This document shows positions 31,581-40,905 of a stretch of DNA of 49,981 bases, piece by piece. The translations under genes were made by a program, and so were the position numbers. Source of the DNA: Deltaproteobacteria bacterium (GTDB taxonomy: Bacteria; Desulfobacterota; Deferrimicrobia; Deferrimicrobiales; Deferrimicrobiaceae); assembly GCA_021824125.1 (NCBI GenBank), contig JAKALO010000003.1, positions 1 through 49,981 on the forward strand. Direction: 5' to 3'. Below the pieces are notes generated by a model. The model saw nothing but the letters and a program-made list of their open reading frames with translations. It made no database searches and was not told where the DNA came from. Numbering within the stretch: position 1 is the first letter of the stretch; every line of letters begins with the position of its first letter.

Positions 31581-31675
31581 GGGACGGTCCTGGCGTCCCC
31601 TGTTCCTTCATCATCCTCGGTCGTGTGACTGCGATCCCTTTATTGTTCTGCCAAGCCCTCCTACAGGACCGTCCC
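31581..31675. repeat. 95-bp inverted-repeat element (MITE/REPIN-like), copy 2
   Basis: Ends GGGACGGTCCTG ... CAGGACCGTCCC (perfect 12-bp TIR); overlaps the last codons and stop of ilvD. Confidence 0.9.
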
Positions 31676-33322
31676 TAGAACGGCGCCGGTTCCGGCGGAG
31701 CCGACGAGCTTCGAGTAGCGCGCCAGGTACCCGGTCCCGACCTTGGGCGCCGGGGCCTTCCAGGCTTTCCTGCGCCGGGCGAGCTCCGCCGCCGGGACGT
31801 CGAGGGTGAGCTTCCTCCCCGGGATGTCCAGGACGACCGGATCCCCGTCCCTCACCAAGGCGATCGGCCCCCCCTCCATCGCCTCCGGTGAGACGTGGCC
31901 GACGCACGGACCGTGCGTCCCGCCGGAGAAGCGTCCGTCGGTGATGAGCGCGACCTTCGTGCCCAGCCCCATCCCCATGATCGCGGATGTCGGGGAAAGC
32001 ATTTCGCGCATCCCCGGCCCTCCCTTCGGCCCCTCGTACCGGATGACCACGACCATCCCCGGCGTGACCCTCCCCGCCATGATCGCGGCCATCGCGGCGT
32101 CCTCGGAACCGAACACCTTCGCCTTCCCGCGGAACCGGAACATCGAGGGGTCGACGCCGGACTGCTTGATGACCGCGCCGCCGGGGGCGAGGTTGCCGGT
32201 CAGGATGGCGATCCCGCCCTCGGGCCGCACGGGCGCGTCGAGGCGCCGGATGACCGCGTCGGAAAGCGCCCGCCCTCTCCGCGCTATCCTGGTAATGTCC
32301 TCTCCGGACACCGTCGGATTCTTTTCAAGCATGGGGAGCAGGCGGTTGAGGACCGCCGGTATCCCGCCCGAGAATTCCACGTCCTCCATCATGTGTGGCC
32401 CCGCCGGGGTCACGGTGGTCAGCTGCGGCGTCTCCCGGGATAGCCGGTCGAACTCCGACAGGGGGAGCCGGACCCCCGCCTCGCGCGCGATGGCAAGCAG
32501 GTGCAGGACGGAGTTTGAGGACCCCCCGAGCGCCATGTCCACCCTGACCGCGTTCTTGAACGCAGCGCGGGTCAGGATCTTGCGCGGGGTGATCCCCTTC
32601 CTGACCAGCTCGACTATCCGCCGGCCCGTCGAGTACCCGATGTGCCGTTTCCTGGACATCCCCGCCAGGGCGGTCGCACAGCCCGGCAGCGACATCCCGA
32701 GCGCTTCCGTAAGGCATGCCATCGTGTTGGCCGTGTAAAGCCCCTGGCAGGACCCCTCGCCGGGGCACGCCTCCGCCTCCAGACGCGAAAGCGTCCGGGC
32801 GTCGATCTCCCCGCGCTGGAAACGGCCCACCGCCTCGAAGGTGTCGGTGACCAGGGAGAGCCGGCGGTCGCCCATCCGGCCCGAAAGCATGGGGCCAGCG
32901 GTCAGCACGATGCAGGGGATGTCCAGGCGGGCCGCGGCCATGAGCATCCCGGGGGTGATCTTGTCGCAGTTGGTGAGCAGGACCAGGCCGTCGAGCGCGT
33001 GGGCCTCGGCGACCGACTCCACCATGTCGGCGATGAGCTCGCGCAGCGGCAGGGAGTAGTGCATCCCCCTGTGCCCCATGGCGATCCCGTCGCACACCGC
33101 GGGGACGCCGAACAGGAACGGGTAGCCGCCCGCCGAGTGCACGCCGTTTTCGACGACCCGCTCAAGGCTCCGCATCCCCACGTGCCCCGGCACAAGGTCG
33201 GTGAACGAGGTCGCGACGCCGATGAAAGCCTTCCCCATCGCGGCCTGCGGCACACCCGCGGCGCAATAAAGCGCGCGGTGCGGCATCCGTTCCAATCCCT
33301 TTTTCGTCCGGTCACTTCGCAT
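31661..33322 (-). CDS. ilvD: Dihydroxy-acid dehydratase
   Basis: [66 protein letters not shown]. Confidence 0.97.
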   Translation of the reverse strand: MRSDRTKKGLERMPHRALYCAAGVPQAAMGKAFIGVATSFTDLVPGHVGMRSLERVVENGVHSAGGYPFLFGVPAVCDGIAMGHRGMHYSLPLRELIADMVESVAEAHALDGLVLLTNCDKITPGMLMAAARLDIPCIVLTAGPMLSGRMGDRRLSLVTDTFEAVGRFQRGEIDARTLSRLEAEACPGEGSCQGLYTANTMACLTEALGMSLPGCATALAGMSRKRHIGYSTGRRIVELVRKGITPRKILTRAAFKNAVRVDMALGGSSNSVLHLLAIAREAGVRLPLSEFDRLSRETPQLTTVTPAGPHMMEDVEFSGGIPAVLNRLLPMLEKNPTVSGEDITRIARRGRALSDAVIRRLDAPVRPEGGIAILTGNLAPGGAVIKQSGVDPSMFRFRGKAKVFGSEDAAMAAIMAGRVTPGMVVVIRYEGPKGGPGMREMLSPTSAIMGMGLGTKVALITDGRFSGGTHGPCVGHVSPEAMEGGPIALVRDGDPVVLDIPGRKLTLDVPAAELARRRKAWKAPAPKVGTGYLARYSKLVGSAGTGAVLGTVL

Positions 33323-33349
33323 CGTCTTCCCTGATCCCCTTTCCCGGAT

Positions 33350-33386
33350 AAAAAAAACCCCCGTGCGAGCGTTCCCGCCCAAGGGT
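33350..33386 (-). terminator. Terminator-like hairpin with U8 tract between the DUF465 gene and ilvD
   Basis: Minus strand CCCT-TGGGCG-GGAA-CGCTCG-CAC-GGGGG followed by T8 (bulged GC-rich stem, GGAA tetraloop). Confidence 0.5.
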
Positions 33387-33429
33387 AGTCCTGTTCCTGA
33401 CTCGAACGGTCTTCCGGTGGGTCGGCTGC

Positions 33430-33651
33430 CTATTGCCCGGTGAGCATCTTGGCGATCTGGTCCTTCTTGACCAGCTTCAGCTTCTGCAGCCGCTTGCGCT
33501 CCATCTCCTCTTCGGCCGTAAGGTACACCTTCCGGTCGAATTCCTTCAACTTATCGTCCAGCGTCCGGTGTTCGTGAACCAGGCTCCGGAACTCCGGGTT
33601 CTTTTCGACGAGCGCCGCCATCTTCTCTTCCTGTGGCTGGGCCATCGGCAC
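33430..33651 (-). CDS. Small coiled-coil protein, YdcH/DUF465 family
   Basis: [15 protein letters not shown]...[12 protein letters not shown] pattern; SD GGAGG and a sigma70-type promoter upstream. Confidence 0.82.
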   Translation of the reverse strand: MPMAQPQEEKMAALVEKNPEFRSLVHEHRTLDDKLKEFDRKVYLTAEEEMERKRLQKLKLVKKDQIAKMLTGQ

Positions 33652-33674
33652 CTCCGGTTTTTAGATGGTTTTTC

Positions 33675-33702
33675 AGTCTATCAGAGGATGGGAAATTGTC
33701 AA
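33675..33702 (-). promoter_or_regulatory. Sigma70-type promoter for DUF465-ilvD
   Basis: TTGACA-N16-TAGACT with an extended -10 TG (TGaTAGACT). Confidence 0.65.
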
Positions 33703-33748
33703 TTCGCGGCCGCGCACCCGGTTTGGGCATCCGTTCCCCATGGGGGGG

Positions 33749-34471
33749 CTATTTTCGCCATCGAGTGCCATTCTCCGCCTCTGAACGGCGCAGGTATGCG
33801 GGCACAAGCGAGCGTATGTCGGCCGCAGCCCCCTGGCGCGCAAGCCTTGCCGCGAAAAGCCCGACCGTAGAGGCGCTGGGCAGCCCCTCCCCTTCCGGTG
33901 CGAAGGTGGCCCGGTCCCCAAGCCTGTCCCGGAACAGGGGCCCGAAGGGGATCGCGCCGTCGCCGCAGAAGAACACCCTTCCTTCCGGCAACGTCCCGGG
34001 AAGCGCCTCCGGGGAGATAGCCGCGTCCGGGGAAAGCCGTTTCCACTCGCCCCCCTCCCGGCGGAACAGGGCTGCGTACAACTCCTGTTTCCGGGCGTCC
34101 AAAACCGGGCAGATGGAAACACCTTCGACGGGGAACCGCATCGCGAGCGCGTGGAGCGTCGGTACCGGGACGATCGGCACGCCCCACCCGAAGCAAAAAC
34201 CTTTTGCGGCCGCCATCCCCACGCGCAGCCCGGTGAACGAGCCCGGACCCGCCGAAACCGCGACCCGGGTTATGTCCCCCGGCCCGCGCCCCGTTTCCCG
34301 TAACAGGTCGGAAACGGCGGACAGGACCGTCGCGGACGCCTGCCGCCCGCAGGGCAGCGAGATTTCCGAGAGGACTTTGCCCTCCGAAACCAGCGCGACG
34401 CTCCCGTGCGGCGTCGCCGTCTCGATCGCGAGGATCAAGGATAAACAGGGACGGTCCTGGCGGCCACTCAC
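33749..34471 (-). CDS. tsaB: tRNA threonylcarbamoyladenosine biosynthesis protein TsaB
   Basis: ILAIETAT, AVSAGPGSFTGLRVG, LDARKQELY, LVPAYLRRSEAE. Start is either GTG 34471 (SD inside the repeat) or TTG 34438 (no SD). Confidence 0.93.
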   Translation of the reverse strand: MSGRQDRPCLSLILAIETATPHGSVALVSEGKVLSEISLPCGRQASATVLSAVSDLLRETGRGPGDITRVAVSAGPGSFTGLRVGMAAAKGFCFGWGVPIVPVPTLHALAMRFPVEGVSICPVLDARKQELYAALFRREGGEWKRLSPDAAISPEALPGTLPEGRVFFCGDGAIPFGPLFRDRLGDRATFAPEGEGLPSASTVGLFAARLARQGAAADIRSLVPAYLRRSEAENGTRWRK

Positions 34472-34542
34472 AGCTCATCCTCCCCGGTCGTGTGACTGCG
34501 ATCCCTTTGCTGTTCTGCCAAGTCCTGCTACAGGACCGTCCC
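34448..34542. repeat. 95-bp inverted-repeat element, copy 3 (diverged)
   Basis: Same 12-bp TIRs and length as copy 2; 81/95 identical with no gaps by manual alignment; fills the rseP-tsaB gap. Confidence 0.9.
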
Positions 34543-35636
34543 TACCGGGTGACGATGCGGGCGATGTCGTTGTAGAAGACGAGCGCGGTCAGCATCAGGA
34601 TGATGGCCAGCCCCACCTGCTGCGCGATCGCCTTCGCCTGCGGAGACAGCGGCTTGCGCCGGATCGCCTCGATCGAAAAGAAGAGGATGTGCCCGCCGTC
34701 CAGGATCGGGATGGGAAGCAGGTTCAGGATACCCAGGTTGACGCTCAGCAGGCCGAGGAAATAGGCGAACGGGGAGACACCCTGCCGCGCCTGGTCGCCG
34801 GCGAGCTGGGCGATGAGGATCGGGCCGCCGAGGGTCTCGGACGGGAGGACGCGCGTCACCAGCTTCACGACCGTCATGACGGTCAACTCGATGAGCTTTC
34901 CGGTCTCTTTCCCGGCGCGCAGGAACGCGGAGACCGGGCCCAGCTTCCTGCGCACGATCTCCTGGCCGGCGATTATGCCGATCTTGGGCTCCCGGATCTT
35001 CTCCCCGAAGATGCTCGTACCCTCGCGGATCTCCGGGGAAACCTTGAATGCCATCTCCTTCCCATCCCTGCGAACGGTCAGTTCGAGCTCCCTCCCCGCG
35101 CCCTGCTGCTTTATCCGCACGGCAAGGTCCTCCCACGTCGCCACGGGTTCCCCCCCGACCCGCAGGACAACGTCCCCGCCGGAAAGGCCCGCCCGCGCCG
35201 CCGGTGAATCCGCCACCACGTCCCCGATCACGGGCAACAGCACGGGGACCCCGCCCAGGAAGACGACCCAGAAGACAAGGACCGCGAAGATGAGGTTCCC
35301 GAGAGGGCCAGCCGCCACGACCGCCATCTTCACCCCGAGGGATTTGTGCGAGAACGAACGCTCCCGAAGTTCGGGCGGAATTTCCTCCCCTTCGCTCTCC
35401 CCGACGAGTTTCACGTACCCGCCCAGCGGGATGGCGGAAACCATGTATTCCGTCTCTCCCCGCCTGAAGCCGAAAAGCCTCGGCCCGAAGCCGAAGGAAA
35501 ACTTCGTGACGCCGACGCCGAGCCGGCGCGCGACGAGGAAATGCCCGAATTCGTGGACGAAGATCAGGATGCCCAGGACCACGATGAAGGCGGCGGGAGT
35601 CGTCAGGAAATTTGCCGTGGCTGCCAGCGCGTTCAT
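34542..35636 (-). CDS. rseP: RIP metalloprotease RseP (site-2 protease, PDZ domain)
   Basis: HEFGH, FSFGFG, IPLGGYVK, AGPLGN, PDZ segment, NLLPIPILDGGH. Confidence 0.96.
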   Translation of the reverse strand: MNALAATANFLTTPAAFIVVLGILIFVHEFGHFLVARRLGVGVTKFSFGFGPRLFGFRRGETEYMVSAIPLGGYVKLVGESEGEEIPPELRERSFSHKSLGVKMAVVAAGPLGNLIFAVLVFWVVFLGGVPVLLPVIGDVVADSPAARAGLSGGDVVLRVGGEPVATWEDLAVRIKQQGAGRELELTVRRDGKEMAFKVSPEIREGTSIFGEKIREPKIGIIAGQEIVRRKLGPVSAFLRAGKETGKLIELTVMTVVKLVTRVLPSETLGGPILIAQLAGDQARQGVSPFAYFLGLLSVNLGILNLLPIPILDGGHILFFSIEAIRRKPLSPQAKAIAQQVGLAIILMLTALVFYNDIARIVTR

Positions 35637-36811
35637 CACCTCTCCGGGGTTCTCATCTTGGAGATCCGCCTCTCGGCGTCCTGCCTGGCCTCCGTGTCGG
35701 CGCGGATCACGTCGGAAAGTGTAACGGGACGCGACTTCCGCCGCCAGCCGGCCAGCACGTTCCCGACGATCCCCACTATCTCCGTGAACCGGATCCTTCC
35801 CGACAGGAACGCGCCGACGGCGGCCTCGTTGGCGGCGTTCATCACCGCCGGGGCCGTCCCACCGGACTCCGCGGCGGCGTATGCCAGCGCGAGGGCCGGG
35901 AACCGCTTCCGGTCCGGGGGCTCGAAAATCCACCCGTCCATCCGATGCCGCGCGAGCCGGGGTAGTTCCAGGGGCAGCCGTTCCGGCCAGGAGAGCGCGT
36001 ACCCGATCGGGATCCGCATGTCGGGGACTCCCAGCTGCGCGATGAGGCTGCCGTCTATGTACTCGACCATGGAATGAACCACCGACTGCGGGTGGATGAG
36101 CACGTCTATCTTAGAGGGGGGAAGCCCGAAGAGCCACGTCGCCTCGATGACTTCCAGCCCCTTGTTCATGAGCGTCGCGGAATCGACCGTGATCTTCGAC
36201 CCCATCCGCCACGTGGGATGGCCGAGCGCCTGGGTCACGGTCGCGTCCCGCATCGCCCGCAACGTGCTGTTGCGGAACGGCCCCCCCGAGGCGGTGAGGA
36301 TGACCCGCAGGATGTCCTCGCGACGGTGCCCCTGGATGGACTGGAACACGGCCGAATGCTCGCTGTCGACCGGGATGATCTCCGACCCGCCGGACCTTGC
36401 GGCTTTCACGAGGAACCTGCCCGCCATCACGAGGAGTTCCTTGTTGGCCAGCGCGATCCGCTTACCGCGGGTTGCCGCCGCGATGACGGGCCGGATCGAG
36501 GAAACCCCCGACGCCGCGGCAAGGACTATGCCGGTCGAGTCCGAGCAGGCCGCCTCGGTCATCCCCTTCTCGCCGAAGACCACGCGGGTCCTCGATGGGA
36601 GGCGCCCCAGGTCTCCGGCGTAGCGTTCCTCCGAGAGACAGACGATGAAAGGGGAGAACCGGCGCGCCTGCTCGCCGAGCCTCTTCGCGTTCCTCCGCGC
36701 GCACAGCGCCGTCACCCGGAACTTCCCCGGGAAGCGGGCGATCACATCGAGGGCGCTCCGGCCCACCGAGCCGGTGGAACCCAGTACGGCCACTCCCCTG
36801 GGGGGTCTCAC
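35636..36811 (-). CDS. dxr: 1-deoxy-D-xylulose-5-phosphate reductoisomerase
   Basis: LGSTGSVG, LANKE, PVDSEHSA, LTASGGPF, HPTWRMGSKITVDSATLMNKGLE, NAANE. Confidence 0.97.
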   Translation of the reverse strand: MRPPRGVAVLGSTGSVGRSALDVIARFPGKFRVTALCARRNAKRLGEQARRFSPFIVCLSEERYAGDLGRLPSRTRVVFGEKGMTEAACSDSTGIVLAAASGVSSIRPVIAAATRGKRIALANKELLVMAGRFLVKAARSGGSEIIPVDSEHSAVFQSIQGHRREDILRVILTASGGPFRNSTLRAMRDATVTQALGHPTWRMGSKITVDSATLMNKGLEVIEATWLFGLPPSKIDVLIHPQSVVHSMVEYIDGSLIAQLGVPDMRIPIGYALSWPERLPLELPRLARHRMDGWIFEPPDRKRFPALALAYAAAESGGTAPAVMNAANEAAVGAFLSGRIRFTEIVGIVGNVLAGWRRKSRPVTLSDVIRADTEARQDAERRISKMRTPER

Positions 36812-37626
36812 CCTGAAACCCCCGTTGCCTGCCGGGACAGGACCGCTATCAGGTGGAGGACCGGCCCCACGGCGATTATGCCGTCCGCGCGGTCCAGAAG
36901 GCCGCCGTGGCCGGGCAGCAGGGCTCCGCTGTCCTTCACTCCGGCCGCCCGCTTGAGCATCGACTCGAACAGGTCTCCAGCCTGCCCGACCAGGCCGAGG
37001 ACCGCGGCGGCGACGAGGGCGTACCATGCCGGGACGCCGGGAAGGAAAACCGCGGCGTATCCGGTCGCGCAAACCACGCTGGCGACAAGACCTCCGACGG
37101 CCCCTTCCACGGTCTTCTTCGGGGAGAACCGGGGCGACAGGGGGCGCTTACCGATCGCCCGGCCGACGAAGTATGCGCAGGTGTCGCCGGCCGCGACCGC
37201 CAGTATCCCCAGGAGCACCCAGTGCTCCCCGCCGGGCAGGGAAAGGGTCCGGGGGTATGCCGACAGGAAGCCGCCGACGTATACGACCCCAAGGGCGGAG
37301 GTCGCGGCGAGCCGGAAACACTCCCCGGGAGCGCCCTCCGAGGCGAGGAAGTGGAACGCCGCCATCGCGACGCAGAGTAGTACGGCGGAAACGGCCGCCG
37401 GAAACGGCAGCATCGCCCCCGACAGGTAGGCCAAAACCGTCACCGCCATCCCCGACCATCTATCCCGGGAGGAAGTGAAGAACATACGGAAGTACTCCCT
37501 GGCGCACAACAGCACCGCCGCGCCCGTGAGCAGCCCGAACGGCCATCCCTTTCCATGCAGGACGGTCCCGACAAGGAGCGGAACGAGGACGGCGCCGGAA
37601 GCGATTCTTCTCCAGAGCACGATCAC
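36808..37626 (-). CDS. cdsA: Phosphatidate cytidylyltransferase
   Basis: Multi-TM; DTCAYFVG, SPKKTVEG, GDLFESMLKRAAGVKDSG, PGHGGLLDR. Confidence 0.95.
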   Translation of the reverse strand: MIVLWRRIASGAVLVPLLVGTVLHGKGWPFGLLTGAAVLLCAREYFRMFFTSSRDRWSGMAVTVLAYLSGAMLPFPAAVSAVLLCVAMAAFHFLASEGAPGECFRLAATSALGVVYVGGFLSAYPRTLSLPGGEHWVLLGILAVAAGDTCAYFVGRAIGKRPLSPRFSPKKTVEGAVGGLVASVVCATGYAAVFLPGVPAWYALVAAAVLGLVGQAGDLFESMLKRAAGVKDSGALLPGHGGLLDRADGIIAVGPVLHLIAVLSRQATGVSG

Positions 37627-38384
37627 CCACCGTTCGACGGAGGCTCCGCCTGCTCCGTCGTCAGTCCGAACCGGCGATGCCGGCGGGAATACACCTCGAG
37701 AGCGTGCAGGAATTCCGCCTTCCCGTAATCGGGCCAGAGAACGTCGGTGAACACGAACTCGGCGTATGCGGCCTGCCACAGCAGGAAATTGCTGATGCGA
37801 AGCTCGCCGCTGGTGCGGATGACCAGGTCGGGGTCGGGCATCCCCGCGGTGTCCAGTCGCAGGGCGATCTCCTCCTCGGTGATCTTCTCCGGCTGGATGT
37901 TCCCGGAAGCGGCCTCGGATGCCAGCTTCCTCACCGCCCGGACGATCTCGTTTCTCCCAGCGTACGACAGCCCCAGGGTCAGCGTCATCTCCGCGTGGGA
38001 CTCGGTGGCGGCGAGGATCCGCTGCAGGACTTCCCGGACGGCGGCCGGGAGCTTCCAGGTCTCCCCGATGACGTTCAGCCGGATCCGGTGACGCACGAGC
38101 TCCGGAAGTTCCCGGATGAGGAACTCCCGGAGCAGGCTCATCAGCGTTTCGACCTCGGCCTCGGGCCTTCCCCAGTTTTCCACGGAGAAGGCGTACAGGG
38201 TCAGGTAGGGGATCCCGAGCTCGCGCGCGCACTCCACCACCGCGCGGACCGAACGGACCCCGGCCCGGTGCCCCTCGACGCGCGGAAGCCCGCGAAGCCC
38301 GGCCCATCTCCCGTTTCCATCCATGATGATGGCGACATGACGGGGAAGCGCGGCCGCGTCGGTTCCGCCCTTATGGCTAGGCAT
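37623..38384 (-). CDS. uppS: Undecaprenyl diphosphate synthase (cis-prenyltransferase)
   Basis: HVAIIMDGNGRWA, YAFSVENWGRP, YAGRNEI, DPDLVIRTSGELRISNFLLWQ. Confidence 0.97.
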   Translation of the reverse strand: MPSHKGGTDAAALPRHVAIIMDGNGRWAGLRGLPRVEGHRAGVRSVRAVVECARELGIPYLTLYAFSVENWGRPEAEVETLMSLLREFLIRELPELVRHRIRLNVIGETWKLPAAVREVLQRILAATESHAEMTLTLGLSYAGRNEIVRAVRKLASEAASGNIQPEKITEEEIALRLDTAGMPDPDLVIRTSGELRISNFLLWQAAYAEFVFTDVLWPDYGKAEFLHALEVYSRRHRRFGLTTEQAEPPSNGG

Positions 38385-38417
38385 GCGGCCTTTCTGTCCC
38401 GGGTCCGCGGAAACGCA

Positions 38418-38582
38418 CTAGTTCTGGACGATCGCTCCGGTCGGGCAGGCATCGACGCAGGCGAGACAATCCGAACAGGTGTCGTTCACCTTGTACTTTT
38501 CGCCTTCCTCGATGGACCCGGTGGGGCAGGTTTCCATGCAGGCTCCACACGCGGTGCACTCGTCGGTTATGCGTACTGCCAT
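38418..38582 (-). CDS. Clostridial-type 2[4Fe-4S] ferredoxin (54 aa)
   Basis: Two CxxCxxCxxxCP motifs (CTACGACMETCP, CSDCLACVDACP); strong SD AGGAGG upstream. Confidence 0.92.
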   Translation of the reverse strand: MAVRITDECTACGACMETCPTGSIEEGEKYKVNDTCSDCLACVDACPTGAIVQN

Positions 38583-38641
38583 GGCTCTTTCCTCCTTGCT
38601 CTTCGTCGTTGTTCCTGACAGTGATGCCCGGGAAAAACACC

Positions 38642-39199
38642 TCAGACTTCCATGATCTCCTGTTCCTTGGCCTTCAGGATTTCGTCGATCTTCCTGATGA
38701 ACGCGTCGGTCTCCTTCTGGATCCGGTCCTGGCCGCGCTTCATGTCGTCCTCGGAGATCTCCTTCTTCTTCTCCTTCTCCTTTATTCGCTCGATCGCCTC
38801 GCGCCGGACGTTGCGGACCGCCACCCTGGCGTCTTCCGCCATCTTCTTCACCAGCTTGACCAGGTCCTTGCGGCGCTCCTCGGTGAGCGGCGGGATGGGA
38901 ATCCGGACTATCTTCCCGTCGTTCACGGGGTTGAGACCCAGCCCGCTGGACTGGATCGCCTTCTCGATCGGCCCGATCATCTTCGCGTCCCATGGCGTGA
39001 CCGTTATGAGCCGGCTTTCCGGGACCGAGAGCGTCCCCACCTGCTGCAGCGGCGTAAGGGTCCCGTAGTAATCCACCTTGATGCCGTCCACGAGGGAGAA
39101 GGAGGCGCGCCCCGTGCGGACCTTCCCCAGCTCCTTCCTGAACGACTCGATGCTCCGGGTCATTTTCCCGGAGGTGTCCTTCTGCAGGGCCTCCATCAT
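38642..39199 (-). CDS. frr: Ribosome recycling factor
   Basis: [45 protein letters not shown]. Confidence 0.97.
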   Translation of the reverse strand: MMEALQKDTSGKMTRSIESFRKELGKVRTGRASFSLVDGIKVDYYGTLTPLQQVGTLSVPESRLITVTPWDAKMIGPIEKAIQSSGLGLNPVNDGKIVRIPIPPLTEERRKDLVKLVKKMAEDARVAVRNVRREAIERIKEKEKKKEISEDDMKRGQDRIQKETDAFIRKIDEILKAKEQEIMEV

Positions 39200-39921
39200 G
39201 GGCCTCCGTGGACCACGGTGCCGATCTTCTCCCCACGCACCACGCGGACGACGTTCCCCCTCCTCGTCATGTCGAAGACCACGATCGGGAGGTCGTTGTC
39301 CATGCAAAGGGAGATCGCCGTCGCGTCCATCACCTTCAGTTTTTTTCGCAGGACGTCGATGTAGCTCAGCTCCTGGAACTTCTTCGCGTTCTTGTGGATC
39401 ATCGGGTCCCTGTCGTAGACGCCGTCGACTTTCGTCGCCTTGAGGATCGCTTCCGCGTTGATCTCCATCGCACGCAGCGCCGCCGCCGTGTCGGTCGTGA
39501 AGTACGGGTTCCCGGTGCCGGCCGCGAAGATGACCACCCTCCCCTTTTCCAGGTGGCGCAGGGCGCGCCGCCGGATGTACGGCTCCGCGATGGCCCGCAT
39601 TTCGATCGCGGAAAGTACCCGCGTCTTCACCCCGTCCCGCTCGAGTCTCTCCTGCAGGGCGAGGCTGTTGATGACCGTCGAAAGCATACCCATGTAGTCC
39701 GCGGAGGCGCGGTCGATGCCGTAATCCCGGCTTGTCCGGATGCCGCGGAAAATGTTTCCGCCCCCGACGACCAGGGCCACCTCGACGCCAAGCTTGACGA
39801 CCTGCTTAACCTCGGCCGAGAGGACGGCGAGCACCTTCTGGTCGATCCCGAATTCCCGCTTCCCCATCAGGGCCTCCCCCGACAGCTTCAGCAGGATCCT
39901 GCCGTAAACCGGTTTCCCCAC
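39196..39921 (-). CDS. pyrH: UMP kinase
   Basis: [49 protein letters not shown]. Confidence 0.97.
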   Translation of the reverse strand: MGKPVYGRILLKLSGEALMGKREFGIDQKVLAVLSAEVKQVVKLGVEVALVVGGGNIFRGIRTSRDYGIDRASADYMGMLSTVINSLALQERLERDGVKTRVLSAIEMRAIAEPYIRRRALRHLEKGRVVIFAAGTGNPYFTTDTAAALRAMEINAEAILKATKVDGVYDRDPMIHKNAKKFQELSYIDVLRKKLKVMDATAISLCMDNDLPIVVFDMTRRGNVVRVVRGEKIGTVVHGGP

Positions 39922-39940
39922 GATTCCTCCGGGACGGGCC

Positions 39941-40861
39941 TCAGCCTTTCCCGAGCTGTTTGGCCACCTCGGCCGCGAGGTCGTCGGAGCGCTTTTCCAT
40001 CCCCTCGCCGACCTGGAAGCGGGCGAAGGCGGCCACGCTCACCCCCGTCCCCGTCTTCGCGGCCATCGCCTTCAAAAGGTCACTCACCTTGCGGTCGGGG
40101 TCCTTGATGAACGCCTGTTCCACCAGGCAGAAGTCCCCGTAGAACTTTTCGAGCTTCCCGGCCGCTATCTTGTCGAGGATCTTCTCCGGTTTGCCCGCCG
40201 CGAGCGCCTGTTCCCGGTAGATGGCCTTCTCCCGCGCGATCACGTCGGCGGGGACGTTCTCGCGGCTGACGTACGAGGGATTGGCGGCTGCAACCTGCAT
40301 CGCCAGGTCCTTCCCAAGAGCGGTGAACTCCGGATTGTCCGCGCCGGCGCCGCGCAGTTCCACGAGAACCCCGATCTTTCCCCCGGCGTGTATGTAGGAA
40401 ACCAGCGCTCCCTTGACCCCCGGCGGCAGCGCATACCGTACGAACCGCCGGAACGAGATCTTCTCCCCTATCTTCGCCACACGCTCGTTCAGCCTGTCGG
40501 CCAGCGTTCCTCCGTCCGAGGGCAGGGCCAGCGCGGCATCCGTGTCTTTCGGCGCCTTCGCGTGCACCAGCGCCGCTACCTCCCGGACGAATCCCTGGAA
40601 GTCGTCTGTCTTGGCTACGAAATCGGTTTCGCAGTTGACCTCCACGAGGACCCCCGAAGCCGGGTCCACGCGGGCGGCGACGATCCCCTCGGAAGCTATG
40701 CGGGACGCCTTCTTGGCCGCGGCCGCCAGGCCCTTCTTTCGCAGGCAGTCGACCGCCTGCTCCAACGAGCCCCCGGACTCCGCGAGGGCCCTCTTGCAAT
40801 CCATCATCCCCGCGCCGGTCTTCTCGCGCAGTTCGCGTACCATCTCCGAAGTTATCTGCAT
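39941..40861 (-). CDS. tsf: Elongation factor Ts
   Basis: [41 protein letters not shown]. Confidence 0.98.
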   Translation of the reverse strand: MQITSEMVRELREKTGAGMMDCKRALAESGGSLEQAVDCLRKKGLAAAAKKASRIASEGIVAARVDPASGVLVEVNCETDFVAKTDDFQGFVREVAALVHAKAPKDTDAALALPSDGGTLADRLNERVAKIGEKISFRRFVRYALPPGVKGALVSYIHAGGKIGVLVELRGAGADNPEFTALGKDLAMQVAAANPSYVSRENVPADVIAREKAIYREQALAAGKPEKILDKIAAGKLEKFYGDFCLVEQAFIKDPDRKVSDLLKAMAAKTGTGVSVAAFARFQVGEGMEKRSDDLAAEVAKQLGKG

Positions 40862-40905
40862 GGCGATTTCTCCTGGTCGAGTGTCGATGCGGTTCTTGCC
40901 GCGGG

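Noticed and set aside
31561-31614. Mini-[20 protein letters not shown] spanning the two repeat copies as an ilv attenuator leader peptide
   Set aside because: SD spacing is 0-3 nt, the Val/Leu codons come from the repeat arm itself, and stalling there would favour rather than prevent the terminator hairpin
31476-31675. Tandem repeat as a CRISPR array
   Set aside because: Units are 97-100 bp and identical with no unique spacers; no cas genes in the window
33399-33407. GTTCGAGTC (tRNA T-loop-like) on the minus strand
   Set aside because: Flanks do not form a T-stem and no cloverleaf or acceptor stem is present
38418-39236. 272-aa ORF ending in ferredoxin motifs
   Set aside because: The upstream part is an alternative frame over frr; the real gene is the 54-aa ferredoxin starting at 38582 with its own SD
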